From positions 43,958,001-44,022,000 of the forward strand of contig CM060732.1 of NCBI GenBank assembly GCA_030704615.1: a stretch of 64,000 nt of DNA, read 5' to 3'. The notes beneath the pieces were generated by a model that had not been told where the DNA came from, ran no database searches, and saw nothing but the letters and a program-made list of their open reading frames with translations. Position 1 is the stretch's first letter; every line of letters starts with the position of its first letter. The position numbers were made by a program, and so were the translations under genes. Shown here piece after piece: positions 29,771 to 42,110 of this stretch. The DNA is from Takakia lepidozioides (taxonomy: Eukaryota > Plantae > Bryophyta).

Positions 29771-31366
29771 CTTTTTTAAATGAATTAATAAATTTTTAAT
29801 AATTGGCCACGTCCGTTTTACACTGTGGCTGCCATGTCATTACAAATGGTAGTAATAAATCGTAAAAGTCAAATAAAAGTAGTTACAGCCTACTGTTGAT
29901 TGAAAGTTGTAACGTACCCTGTGTTGAAGATCCGAGTTGCATTTAGTCTGTACAGATTCAGTGTGTCTGCATAAGTTGAAGTCAAGAGTATTGGGACAAG
30001 GCGGAGTAGTACCTTACAAGCAAGCGATTTGCAGCAAAGCCCACTCGACGACTCACATTTGCCGTAGCTGCACTTTGAGCTGTGTTGGTGGCGGTGGTGT
30101 TGAAAAGATTAGACACTCACCGGGTGGGCTATAGGGATACTTCCTTCGGATTTGTAGCAGGGGAATTGAAAGGTACGGGTCTGAGACTGATCTCTCAATT
30201 CGTGGACGTCAACCATGTGTAGGCCGCATGGCAGCTCCAAAACTAAGGGACGGAACCCTGACTCGAATTGAGTTCGGGCTGTCTGCCTGGATTGCATGCG
30301 GGCGAGTGACTATCTGCGTTTGCCACTAAAGTGATGCTGCAAGTCGAATATGCTAGAATATCCCGAACCATATATAAGAGCCTCAAGTACGAATTTAAAA
30401 TTTTGGGCACATGTACAAAAACAAGGAGCCTAGAAATGGTGTTTATTTGTTGGGGAACATGTAGCGTACACAAAAAATAAAATAAAATACTAGTATTTGT
30501 CCTTTTGAAAAATAAAATAAAATTACACCTTACAGCCCTGTTTTGATCTGATTTACATTATACATAGTCTATTTGGCTATAACTTTGGCATACCAGGGCC
30601 GTTTGACCCAAAATTTGGGCAGGGAGCTGCGGAAAGGGGAGATCTACCTACCTAGATTTTAGGACCCAACCAAAAGTCTATGGATTTTCTTGAAAAATAA
30701 AGTGGTGTCGGTTCTAAAGTTGACCAAATGCAATCCTAGTACACTGCTGGGGAGAATTGGCCTGTATGCATCTGCGAAGTTTTGTATGTCCGTGATGCAT
30801 GGCTGGAGGACATAATGAGACCATTGAAGGGCTCATTTCCTCGTTGAGTCTTCAAGTGTGTGGAGACAAAGTTTATGTTTCCCGATGCACATAGACTGAG
30901 CTAAGTGGAAGCCAGTTGGATGAGCTTGTGGCATATTGGGAATCAGGCAACGGACAGAGTGTTGTGGGAGAGAGCAATTCTATAGCTGTAAGTGAAACAC
31001 CAAAGTAGGTGGAAGCTAGGTTTGGAACACAGCCAAAGACAGCCCCCAGGACCAAGGTGTTCAGCCACAAGGCCATGGTGTACTTGAGCAAGAGAGCGGG
31101 AGCTGCACATGTGCGTGCAATCAGGTGTCAACGCCAGTCTCAATCTGCACGAGGCAATCACGAGCGGGGGTTCATTAGCAATGAACAGTTTGTTCTACTT
31201 GAAGGAGATGCAGTCCTTCGCAATGAGGACACCCGCAACCGTCTCAAAGCTTTCGAGTTGAGAGACCGTCAGACCATACCTTTATTTTCTTTAGTATTCA
31301 GTGAGCGGGAGATAGGGGAGTATTGCTTTGTCTCTACCTGGCAAAGAGAGGAGGAGGGCTGGTTAG

Positions 31367-31803
31367 TGTAACAAGGTAGAATCTAGAAGGTTCTAGATGG
31401 AGGAGGAAAGTTCCCTAGAAGTTTCCAGAATAACTAGGAAGGATCCTAAGAAGTTTGACTTAAGGAAGTTTGACTTGAGGCTCTCAAGTCAAACCTCTAA
31501 GATATTCATATTATGGAGAGTAGGTCAAATCTTTGATAAAGTCATATTGAAGAGAATATGTCAAACCTATGAAGGTTGACTTTAGCGAGTATATTTGATA
31601 AAGTCGTATTGTGAAGAATATGTAAAACCTAGGAAGGTTGACTTAAGGAAGCTTTGACTTGATGCTCTCAAGTCAAACCTTTAAAATAATCATATTGTGA
31701 AAGGTATATAAACCTGCAATGAAAGCCTAGAAGGCATCAAGTTGTTTTGGGAAAAAGTTGGGAAGTACTTCTATTCTAATTTGTGTAGATCCCGGGTGTT
31801 ACA
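31367..31803 (+). repeat. 5' LTR of a Ty3/gypsy element
   Basis: Begins TGTAAC and ends GTTACA, has a TATA-like gtatataaa at ~31705, and is followed directly by a PBS. Confidence 0.7.
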
Positions 31804-31804
31804 A

Positions 31805-31816
31805 TGGTATCAGAGC
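31805..31816 (+). promoter_or_regulatory. Primer-binding site for initiator tRNA-Met
   Basis: tggtatcagagc, 1 nt after the LTR end. Confidence 0.85.
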
Positions 31817-34800
31817 CTAGTCTTTCTTAAAGTTGGGAGTGAATACCTTCTTTAGGAGGATTCGATTAAGATGTTTTATTTTTAGAGATTTTTGTTGTTC
31901 ATATTTTTAAGTGTTAAATAGATAGTAGTGATGGTGCGCCATAACAATAGTATAAAAATTTTATGGACTTAAATCAACCTCCTTTCCGTGATTTTCTTTC
32001 GGAGTGTGAGTTCAAAATTATTTGTCATCGTAAAACAGAAATTAGAGAGATGATAGTACAGAGATTTGGAGAGGAACAATATCAAGAAGTGTTACAAAAC
32101 CCACGACCTGTCGTCTTTCCTATAATTAGAAATTAGAAGGTATACATATGTGTATATACATAGCTCATGGATTGAGGTAGACATTTTCCGCCTAATTTTC
32201 CACCGCCAAATGTATTTAGTATCAATGTGCGCGCCATCGACAAGCATCATCTTGTGAGATTTTTAGTTGCAGAATTTGGGGTAGAATTCATGAACCTTGT
32301 CATGAGTTCAAACGTCCCTTTTGTATTACCAATAGTCACGTACGGGATGGTTTGGGATTGCACTATTTACATATTATATTATGATAAGATAATAGAGATA
32401 GTATACATTAATTTTAGAAGACAAACACCACGAAGGAATGAGTAGTGGAGCAAGATGGCGGACAATGAAGAAATGGTGGACAACGCACACACTACTCATC
32501 AAGCCAATGATCAAACGGTGTGGATAATGGAGCGCTTACATGAATTGCAGAATACTCTTGTCACGACCCAACAACAAAACAACGTGTTGATAGAAGAGCT
32601 TAAACAAGTGAGACAATCAACCGCCCCGGGACTGGTTGCTGATGGGTCGGATACGTTGCTGCAAAAGATGACCAAGACATGCAAGGTTGAGCCGTATAAA
32701 GGAAGTCGCGCAATGGGAGTCCTATAAGGATGGATTTATCGAATGGAGGTACATCTGTCATATTTCCCTACATCAAGTGATTTGGACCACGGAATGTTTA
32801 TACGATCTTTTCTACTCGACAATGCTTCAACATGGTTACAGACATGGGAGAGAAGACAGATTGCAAAAGGAGAACTTTTATTATGGAACACCTTGAAAGC
32901 GGGACTGCTCCAACAATTCAAGACAGTAGATGTTGTTACAACTGCTCGAATGAAATTATGGAACTTGAAACAACGCGGGAGTGTGCAAAATTACATTGAA
33001 TATTTTTTGAATCTTCAGGTCCAAATCGAAGACATGAGTCATGCAGAAGCTTTAGACAACTTCAAAAGAGGATTGAAGAAGAAAATTCAAGGAGAGGTAA
33101 TTTTACGCAACCCGATTGATGTCCACGAAGCAATTTCATTGGCCCAAAAGATTGAAGGGACGCTACCAAAATACGACGAAGGTATACACGTTTCATTGAA
33201 CCAATACGGACCAACGCCTATGGAGCTTGGAAATCTTCGAAGACGAGATAACTTCCAATACTCTCAAAGAAATAGGCCGAGAATCAGATATGGGGAAGAT
33301 AACACACAGCGGCAAATGAAATTGAATGACAAGGATGTGACCTCCTCAACATTCTCACGAACAGAAGGACAAATGGAAACTCGACAATGTTACAACTGTG
33401 GAAAATACGGACATCTTGCAGCCAACTGCCGAAGTGGAAGGTACAATCGACAAATTTATCGAAAACCTCTTAACTGTTGGTGTATTTGGAGACACAAAAA
33501 GATCTATCGAAGAGACAGATTCGTTGGGCGGAGTGGTGACAACAATTTAATATGAAGATCGTCTATGTGGAGGGAAAACAGCAATTGGCAGATGCAATGA
33601 AGAGGCGTACGTTCGAAGTTGCATGAGATGTCAACAAAACAAGTCAACAAACCGCAAGCTAGCAGGTCTTTTACAACCACTACCAGTACCAAACAGACGT
33701 TGGGAACATATGAGCATGGATTTAGTTTGTGAGTTACCTCAAACCTCATCGGGATATGACACTATAGTGATCTTTGTAGACAAATTGAGTAAGATGATAC
33801 ACATCCGTCCCACTAGAAAATCCGTCACTGCACCTGAACTAGCTCGACTATATCTGGAAGCGGTCTATTCTCATCATGGGCTATCTAAAGTTCTCATTAC
33901 TGACAGGGGTACCCAATTTACTAGCTTGTTTTGGAAAAGCTTATTTGGTCTTTTCAAAACCAAATTAGCTATGTCAACAGCCTATCATCCGGAATCAGAT
34001 GGACAGACAGAGCGAGCAAATCGTACAATTGAAGACATGTTGCGGGCCTTTACGTTAGAAGAACAAGAAGAGTGAGATTGGTTATTACCATTGGTAGAAT
34101 TTTCATACAATAACTCGGTCAACGCGTCAACAAAAGAAACTCTTTTCTTTTTGATGTATGGTGAACACCCAAATGTGCCAACAACTCTTACGAAGTTCAA
34201 TTTACCAAAAGAGAAGTTGTCCAAGGTAGTCGCGACTAACGCATTTGTGCAACAAATTCGACGGGGAGTACGTCAAATGTTGAATAAGGAAATAATAAGG
34301 GTCAATTCACTACCTGCGAATGAAGAGGAGCCTGACTACGCTTTGCAGCCTGCATCTGAATATAATATTGCGAAACTCACAGGTATGTTCCTCACAAATT
34401 CCATCATATTCACCTGGTCGCGCTGCTCACACCATACAATACTCAGCGGGCTTCTCTATTTTGACTCCTTATATCCCCTCTTTACCCAATCAAATGCATG
34501 CATGAGAGGACAGTGATGTAAGTCATGAAATTTTCTCCAAGAATGGGGATACACAAGTGGGACAGAAAGGAACAGAAAGGCTGATGCAGAGGCTAGATCC
34601 CTTCCCATCTTTGGACATAGACACATGGTAAGCACCTAAAACATTGAAGCTACTTCCATCCCTTTACAACTTAACAGGGTAACTGAACAAAACATACCCC
34701 ACTGGAATGTTGGCAATACTGCGTCAGTCCAAACTGAATAACTGCCCATGTCCAGGCAATTCATAGGATGTTGTACACTTTGGCACCAAACTATTGAATT

Positions 34801-35145
34801 ACTTGTATAGGGTTGGGATTTGAGAACAAAACATTCAGAACCTTTATTGCTCGTTAACTGTAATTGTTCGTAAAGTTGAAAATACTGTCTGAAGTCCCAT
34901 CATGTGCTCAAGTGTTGCAGTACCTACTTTCCCCATAGAATCACTTTTCTTGATCTATGGCTCATATCCAGTACATCTTGGAAGGTTTTAAAAGGATTTC
35001 CAACTGGTCCCTTCTTTGTACACTAATCTGTTTATTATGAGTGCAGTGTGGTAGGTCATGATGCTGTACTTCGGGCCTGCCATTATTGGAAGTTGGTCAA
35101 CAGAGCTAAAGACCCAGATAGTTTTGTGGATTTTTTCGGTTCTCA

Positions 35146-35310
35146 GGTACATGATGATCTTGTGATGGTGGATACATCGGTTGCAGACCAAGTGACAGCA
35201 TGGCATCGCAGCCAAAGCATGACTGACGTATATGCTGGTGATCATTGGTGCTCTGGTAGAACCTGTACATACCATCAAATTGGTGACATTTTCTTGTGCG
35301 AGAAGACTGA
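35146..35310 (+). pseudogene. Exon fragment of a SKIP31-like F-box protein gene
   Basis: DTSVADQVTAWHRSQSMTDVYAGDHWCSGRTCTYHQIGDIFLCEKT resembles the Cys/His-rich C-terminal region of plant SKIP31-type F-box proteins (recognised from memory). It is truncated after EKT. Confidence 0.55.
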
Positions 35311-35399
35311 CCCACAATGTTGTTCCTACCTATACTCAGACTTTGCCAACCTCCAATACTCAACCTTTGTGCACGGTTTAGATTCTGAACACTGCCCCT

Positions 35400-35570
35400 G
35401 CCCTGGTGGACATGTATGCCAAATGTGGGTGCATCGAGGATGCCAAGGGAGTGTTCAACACTATGGCTGAACGAGATGTGGTGTCGTGGAGTGCGATGCT
35501 TGCAGGATAGGGGGTGCGGGATGGAGGCTTTGGAGACCTATGATCAAATGATGGGGGAAGGGGGCACCTT
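35400..35570 (+). pseudogene. PLS-class PPR gene fragment
   Basis: [36 protein letters not shown] is a canonical plant PPR motif junction, with an in-frame stop. Confidence 0.8.
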
Positions 35571-36769
35571 CCTCAATAGCACAGCGGCTACAAGTGGGTA
35601 GATGGTCAACTGGAAACAGCAGCAGCAGCAGCACAATTCATAGAATAAGGCGCTGCTAATGAAGGTACCTTCTTCAATGTATTTCACCTTGTTTTCCCCT
35701 GCTATCAGAGTCGTCCCTAAATTTTCATGTTGAATTCTGCAAGTTAGCTCGTTGGTGGATCTATGGTGGTTTTGGAGTGATTTTGACATGTTACTGTCAA
35801 TGTGGTTGACAGGAAAGTATCGAAAAATAGATAACATAGACTCGAGGAGAAGCTCTGGAATGAATACATTTCCGCCCTCAGTCAATGGTGGAACAATCGA
35901 GGCAAAATGTGAATGTCTTTTGGAAGCAGACGCAAGTCAGCATAGGAACTAGTGTGATAAGTAGGGTTGGGGTGTTTGCTCAAGCAATTCTAGGCTATCA
36001 TTCTTAGCTGCTAGCAGCAAGGCGAGGATGTATGCATGATTTGTGCAGGGGCATGGATAGCTGAAGGAGCAGGGATAAAGTGTGGGTCCAGATTCATCCA
36101 AGAGGGCCGGATTTCAAGCTCCAGATTACCTATGATTCCCTATGGAAGGATAGGTACAAGAAACCTGCATAGGTCGATGGTCAACTGGAAGCCACAGCAA
36201 CAGCGACACAATTGATCAAATCAAGCACTGTTAATGAAGGCAACTTCTTCAATACATTTCACCCTGTTTTTCTCTCTTATCAGAATCGGCCATATCAAGA
36301 AGTATTGCACTGTTTAACAGGGTCCTTGATTCTAGTAGCACTAGAACAAACTAGTATTACAACCCATGTGTGTGGGCTTACTTATCTTTTGCTTATTGGG
36401 CCTTTTCAGGCATGGATTTTTGGACCTTGTGGCATTTGAGGTGTCCATTGGGACAGTGGTCTCATTTGGATTTTTGTAATATAATTTACAGGACGTGTAT
36501 TCCCTTGTACTTGTCTATTTTGACTGTCCTTGTGGTTGTTAGTATGCAAGAGGGTCCATTCTGTTTTTATATCGGAATTTCACCATGTAAAGAAGAATTT
36601 AAATCATTTAATCTATTTTTATTTTATATAACATTATTAAATTAAACAATAATACCATTTAATAAAAATTTCCAAGCTGCTATCCCAATGTTTTTAAAAA
36701 TAAAATATAAATTTAAGAATTTATAATTATAAATATAAACTATTAAGTTATTTTCAAAAAACATTCTTG

Positions 36770-37238
36770 ATGACACGTGGCATAAACCCTGCTCGAACTA
36801 GAATATGTGGCATTATATGACACGACATTCTTTTATCCATATTTTCACCACGTATAAAGATAAGTAGTCATATATGCTAGTCATATATTCTGTTGAAGTG
36901 CCACATGTCACATCTGGAGTGCAATAGGTGTCGTGACGTGTCGCTTGTGCAGTGGTGCACGTGTTCCTCTAAAGCCTCTCCATGTAGGCAACGCTCAGCA
37001 GACAATGTAGTCATATAGTTAGTCATATGTAAGTCATAGAGTTGTGACTACATCACTCTCTTATGCATGACTCTAGGTGCCACGCACGCAGTCACGGCTA
37101 TGACTTGCAAAACGCAGTCCTAAAGACTAGTCGCTATGACAGGGTTTTTTTCACTACAAAGTGATGTAGTCATGAACGCATATATGACTGAAAAAATAGT
37201 CATACGTGCAGTCATAAAAACGCTCATCTGTTGTAGTG
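36770..37238. mobile_element. Right terminus of a CACTA (En/Spm) transposon with subterminal repeats
   Basis: Ends ...ctgttgtagtg (reverse complement CACTACAACAG) exactly where gypsy protease coding begins. Many tagtcata/atgact repeats lie in 36860-37215. Confidence 0.65.
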
Positions 37239-40200
37239 AGACATCTCTGGGGGGATCAGAGAGGGCTCGAAGCATGACACGCCATGAGCTGTTAATTAGA
37301 CTGCAGTGGGATCATCCTAAAGATGACTCAGTTATGTGAGCCAAGGCCATTGTGACGGATGCAGTTTCATATGATGTGTTGGTTGGTGGGGCAGTATTAT
37401 ATCCCATGGGCTTCACCCTGGATTTTTGGGAGGAGTCGGCCTCGTATAGGCCTGGATGGCAATCATGAGATGGTCGTCGTGTGCAACTCCCTGTGGCATT
37501 CATTGGGGGTGTTGCAGCTGCCCACCGGGGCAAGATGCCGACACTAGCAGCCTTCACAGGTGTAGTGAGTTGGCCTGGAGAGTTGCTAGAAGGCAATGCT
37601 CATGCAGAGGATGTGTCACCTCCAGCAGAGCAAGATGATATGCATGGTACGGCAGAGTTGTCTGCCATGGTTGTTCACACTCCATTGTGGGGCACGAGGA
37701 AAGATTTGTAGCAGACTACTAATAAACGGGTGCAACGAGTCTGGGTAGAGGCATTTGTACCGTCAGGAGAGGATGAGAGTACAGTGATTGCACTAGGACA
37801 ACCTCAGTTGTCGCCATTGGATACCACACCTATTATGTGGCAGTACCCGGATGAAGGCATATGCCTTCTAGACTTGTTTGGCGGGATCAGCACTGGATTA
37901 GCTGCAGTGCTGCAGGCAAGTGTATGAGTTCGGCGTTACCTGTATGTGGAGAGGGATGAGACTGCACGACGCGTTTCACTGCGCTATGTTGCTCAGTTGG
38001 TGCAGCAGTACCCTGATTTGTTGTCGGTTTCTGCAGTTCGTGGATACCAGCAAGCCTTGCCAGCAGATATTTCTTTGCTGGGGTTGGAGCGGGTTGGCCC
38101 TATTCACTTGGTAGTGGCAGGTTGGCCTTGCCAATGGCATTCATCAGCCGGGCATGGTAATGGGTTACAAGACTCGAGGTCACGCCTGTTTTGGGAGATG
38201 TTGAGAGTCATGCGCTATTTACAGCTTCAACAGGCAGACTCTCCAGTATATATCTTGGAGAACGTGCCATTGATGGGTGATTCTCGGGCCAAGGTGATGG
38301 CCAATGTGCATCAAGTGCAGTCGTGGCTTGGGTCAGCAGTGTTGTTGGATGCAGCTGCAGTGGGGTCACGGGCTCATCGTCCACGGCTATGGTGGACCAA
38401 CTTGATGTCACCCACACTGCGCTAGCGTGCATTTGATGGGGTGCAGCGGCCAGCGCACCTGATAGTGGATAGCATCTTGGACTCAGGGAGGCAGTCTCAG
38501 CGTGTGAGACATGTTGACCGCTCACCTTTGGTAGTGGTCAACAGGATGGATCAACCACGAGCAGCATTACCTACACTGCTCGGCTTCCCAGGATCTCATG
38601 CTTTCTGGGATAGTGGACCTGACCTCCTGTGGGATGCTTACTTGCAGCAGTTAGTGGAGACCAGTGCTGACGAGCGTGAGCGGGCAATGGGTTTTACCAC
38701 TGGTACCACGACGGTGCCGTCTTTTTCTGAGGCATCACGTCGTCAGGTGTTGGGGCAAACAATGGATCTCAATTGCTTTACCTGGATTATCAGTTTGGCT
38801 ATGGCTGAGCAGCGCAGAGTGCAGAGTACACTTCCCTCGACGGTCTCTCTGCCTACCGAGACGGTACAGGCAGTGAGTGGGGGCGAGCAGGTGAGGATCA
38901 CGAGGTGCAGGCATCCATGGCACACTAGGGAGGTGCTCGAGGTTCAGAGGGAGTTGGCAGCCAAGGCGGCGGTGATGGATGAGATAAGGGATTTTTCTCA
39001 GGTTGAGGAGGTCCTCAAGGATGAGACGATGGGGCAGGATGAGGCATTGTCATTGACAGAGCAGGTAGTGGTCACTGTTCAAGAGGTTGCAGCATAGCAA
39101 CCACGGGACGCGTCTTCTACCTCTAAGCCTGCTGGACTCAAGGTTGCAGTCACGGAGGACAACTGGGAGCCTGATGTTGGACCCATAGTCACCGGAGGAT
39201 AGAGACGACATATACGTCGGTTTTTGAGGGCTTATAGGAACTGCTTTGCCTTCAGTTTGAAGGACTTGGAAGCACTGAAGGGTCAAGAGATTCGCATTGA
39301 ATTGGCCACTGACACGCCAATCTTTCGGAGACCCTATAGATACAGTGACATGGAGAGGTCATTGATTCAGATGAGGACTTAGGACCTCTGGGAGGCTGGT
39401 TTGGTGGAGCTATCTGGTGGAGAGTATGATTCAGCCACAGTGATGCCAGCCAAGAAGGATGTATATGACAATTGGACGGAGAGATGTATGTGGGGTGATT
39501 ACCGGCCTGTAAATCGTCAGACCAAGTCCGATAGGTATGCCATGCCAACACCAGAGGAGATCTTTGATGCTATTGGGCATGCCAAGGTCTTTAGCACTTT
39601 GGATTTACGATCCGGATATCACCAGTTGCCGATCAAGGAGGCAGATAAGCAGAAGATGACATTCTGGGGGATCATTGAGCACGGGAAGGATTGCCTATAC
39701 CAGTGGCAATTCTTACCATTTGGGCTTAAGAACGCTCCTGCAGAGTTTCAGAGAGTCATGGACAGGATTCTAGCAGGGGTGGAGTTTGCTCAGTGTTATA
39801 TAAATGACATCATCATCTTTAGTGCTACGGTGGAGGAGCATGAGAAATACCTTCAGGTGGTATTTGAGCGCTTGAGGGCACACGGATTGAAGTTACATCC
39901 GTGGAAGTGCAAGATTTTCCACAACCAGATTGAGTATCTGGATCACATGATATATCCTGGAGGATTGGGGGTACAGCAGACTAAGGTAGAGGCCATTGCA
40001 CAGATTCCACGCCCCACGGATGTGAGCCAAGTTTGAGCTTTCATGGGGTTAGCAAACTATTATAGACGGTTTGTCAAGGGATTGAGTGCCATTGCAAAAG
40101 CTCTAACCAAACTGACCAAGGTGGACCAGCAGTGACAGTGGCAAGATGAGCAAGAACGAGCTTTTCAAGAACTCAATGCGAGGTTGACCTCGGCGATTCC

Positions 40201-42110
40201 AAGCCCCAACATACTCTAATCTGTATGTAGCTGAAAATGACACCCCTTGATGGGTCGTCTCAAGATGGTGCTCACACAAATGGATGATGAGGGAAAAGAG
40301 TTTGTAGTGGCTTATGCTAGCCGCTCGAACAACGCTGTAGAGGCTAAGTATAGCTCATATGAGGGAGAGTGCTTAGCTGCAGTGTGGGCCGTGACACACT
40401 TCAGGTGCTATCTATACGACAATCTCTTCACCCTTGTCACGGATCACCAGCCACTCAAAGTGGTTGATTGAGTCAGACAAGCTTACGAGGAAGCTTGCAC
40501 GGTGGGCACTCATACTTCAAGAGTATGACTTTCAGGTTGTGCATCGACTGGGTTTGGTCAATCGGGATGCGGATGGGTTGAGTCGCAATCTATGCACGAG
40601 CCAACAAAATGACACTGGATCTTAATGGCATGGTGAGAAATGGTGCCCAAATGACACGCATCTGCATTTCTGTGTATCTTGGCAGCGGAAGGGCAGGTTG
40701 GACCTACAACAAGGATGACTATAGACCGAGTGTCTGAGGACCCTGAGGCCAGCGATGGGCCAGGTGACACTAGAGATATACATGAGGATTCAACTGTGTT
40801 GGACTATCTCCGCACTAGAGACACGACAACAACTGCGATTGCCAAGGAGAGGGATCGGATCCTATAATGAGTCAAGAGGTTCAAGTGGGAGGGGACACAC
40901 CTACTGGACGAGTGTGGGAGGATGGTCAAGTGAGGATTGTGCCTCACCCAACACAGCGAGCACAATTAGTGCGGCATGCCCATGAAGAGTTGGGGCATTT
41001 TGGGGCACGACGCACTCACATTTACTGCAGGGGCAACATTGGTGGCGTGGTATACACACAGAGATGCAACAATTTGTGGCTAGGTGCATGGTGTGTGGTT
41101 CATTCAACGCCCCTACACCACAATTGCATCCTCTTCCGATCATGGGATTGGGCTACAGGTGGAGTCTAGACTTCGCAGGGCCGTTGCCACTGACCATGCG
41201 CCACAACAAGTACGTGTTGGTGATGGTGGAGCACTTCTCCAAGTGGATCGAGTTGGTTCTATTGCCTGATAAGACTAGTGAAGGGGCTGTGTATGCATTT
41301 TTGGATCATGTACTTAGCCGATTCGGTGCTCCAGCTGAGGTACTCACGGACCAAGAGAGAGAATTTTTGGGGGAGTTTCAAGTATTGTGTGACAAAGCCT
41401 TGATAGACCACCGCACTACTTCTCGGGATCATCCTGAGGCCGATGGCTTGGCAGAGAGAGTTGTGCAAACGGTTAAGAGAGGATTGCGCAAGTATGGTTT
41501 GCAGAAGGGGCACCTAGGAGATTAGGACCTTCAGCTACCTTGGTTGGCCATGGGCTATAGGTTTAGAAGCAAGCATCACTTGCCTCGTTCTCACCTTATT
41601 TCCTTCTCTTTGGCCGAGAGCCAGATTTGCCTGCATCCATTCGTAGAGAAGCTGCTATAGTTCTCAACCTTGACGATCCGGACGTGTGGGCACGTGGATA
41701 TAATCAGCAGAGTTGTTCAAGAAAGTCATACCCATGGCTTTCGAGAACCTTGCCATTGCACAACATCGTGATACGTTGAGGTATGCTACCATACGTGGTG
41801 GGGGCTATCGTCCTGGGGTTCGGAGATTTAACCCTGGTGACTATGTTTATCTGCAGCAGACTGCTCCCACGACCCTGGATGTGACTGCAGGACGTACTAT
41901 TTTGAGGGTTCGAGAGGTGTTGCCATCAGGAGTCCTGATCTTGGAGGGTCGGGATGGCATGACTTGAAAGGACCATGTGCGTAATTGCGCGCCATGTCAA
42001 CTTCCGAATATTGATGGAAGGATTGACCCAAACTTGGCGGCGGTACCTGCAGGTTTGCGGTGCATGTTGTGTGGATCTGTCAGAGGGGTGACAACCACTA
42101 TTGCACCACG
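37239..42110 (+). mobile_element. Ty3/gypsy retrotransposon pol, decayed: PR (C-terminal half) - C5 DNA methyltransferase - RT - RNase H - integrase - SH3-like tail - start of a possible PHD finger
   Basis: Protease tail SYDVLVGGAVLYPMGFTLDFW. RT: DYRPVN, FSTLDLRSGYHQL, PFGLKNAPAEFQRVMD, YINDIII. RNase H: VVAYASRSNN, YSSYEGECLAAVWAV, VTDHQPL. Integrase: WSLDFAGP, VLTDQ, HPEADGLAER. Tail: FNPGDYVYL..., LRCMLCG. Confidence 0.9.
37855..38800 (+). pseudogene. C5-cytosine DNA methyltransferase domain (DNMT3-like) within the gypsy pol
   Basis: Motifs in canonical order: I LLDLFGGISTG, II YVERD, III ADI, IV VVAGWPCQ, V GLQDSRSRLFWE, VI ILENVP, VIII DAAAVGSRAHRPRLWWTNL, IX ERERAMGF, X RRQVLGQTMD. 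Same frame as PR and RT, with stops at 37925 and 38423. Confidence 0.9.

Larger units (their letters stand above)
31367..34300 (+). mobile_element. Internally deleted Ty3/gypsy retrotransposon: LTR-PBS-gag, then RNase H tail and integrase; PR and RT missing
   Basis: Gag ORFs 32455-32727 and 32743-33555 (frameshift; ARMKLWNLKQRGSVQNY, GPTPMELG, CYNCGKYGHLAANC). The sequence then jumps to RNase H end (KRQIRWAEW*QQFNMKIVYVEGKQQLADA) and integrase (LLQPLPVP, MSMDLV, VDKLSK, ITDRG, TAYHPESDGQTER). Confidence 0.85.

Noticed and set aside
29908-31366. Alternative longer LTR starting tgtaacgtaccc at 29908
   Set aside because: No second copy in the window to confirm it. The 31367 start gives a compact LTR, so this stretch is left uncalled.
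34308-34317. cactacctgc as the left CACTA terminus
   Set aside because: It matches only 6 bp of the right end and has no subterminal repeats.
37855-38800. A host DNMT3/DRM gene
   Set aside because: It is intronless and in frame with the retroelement protease and RT, so it is part of pol.
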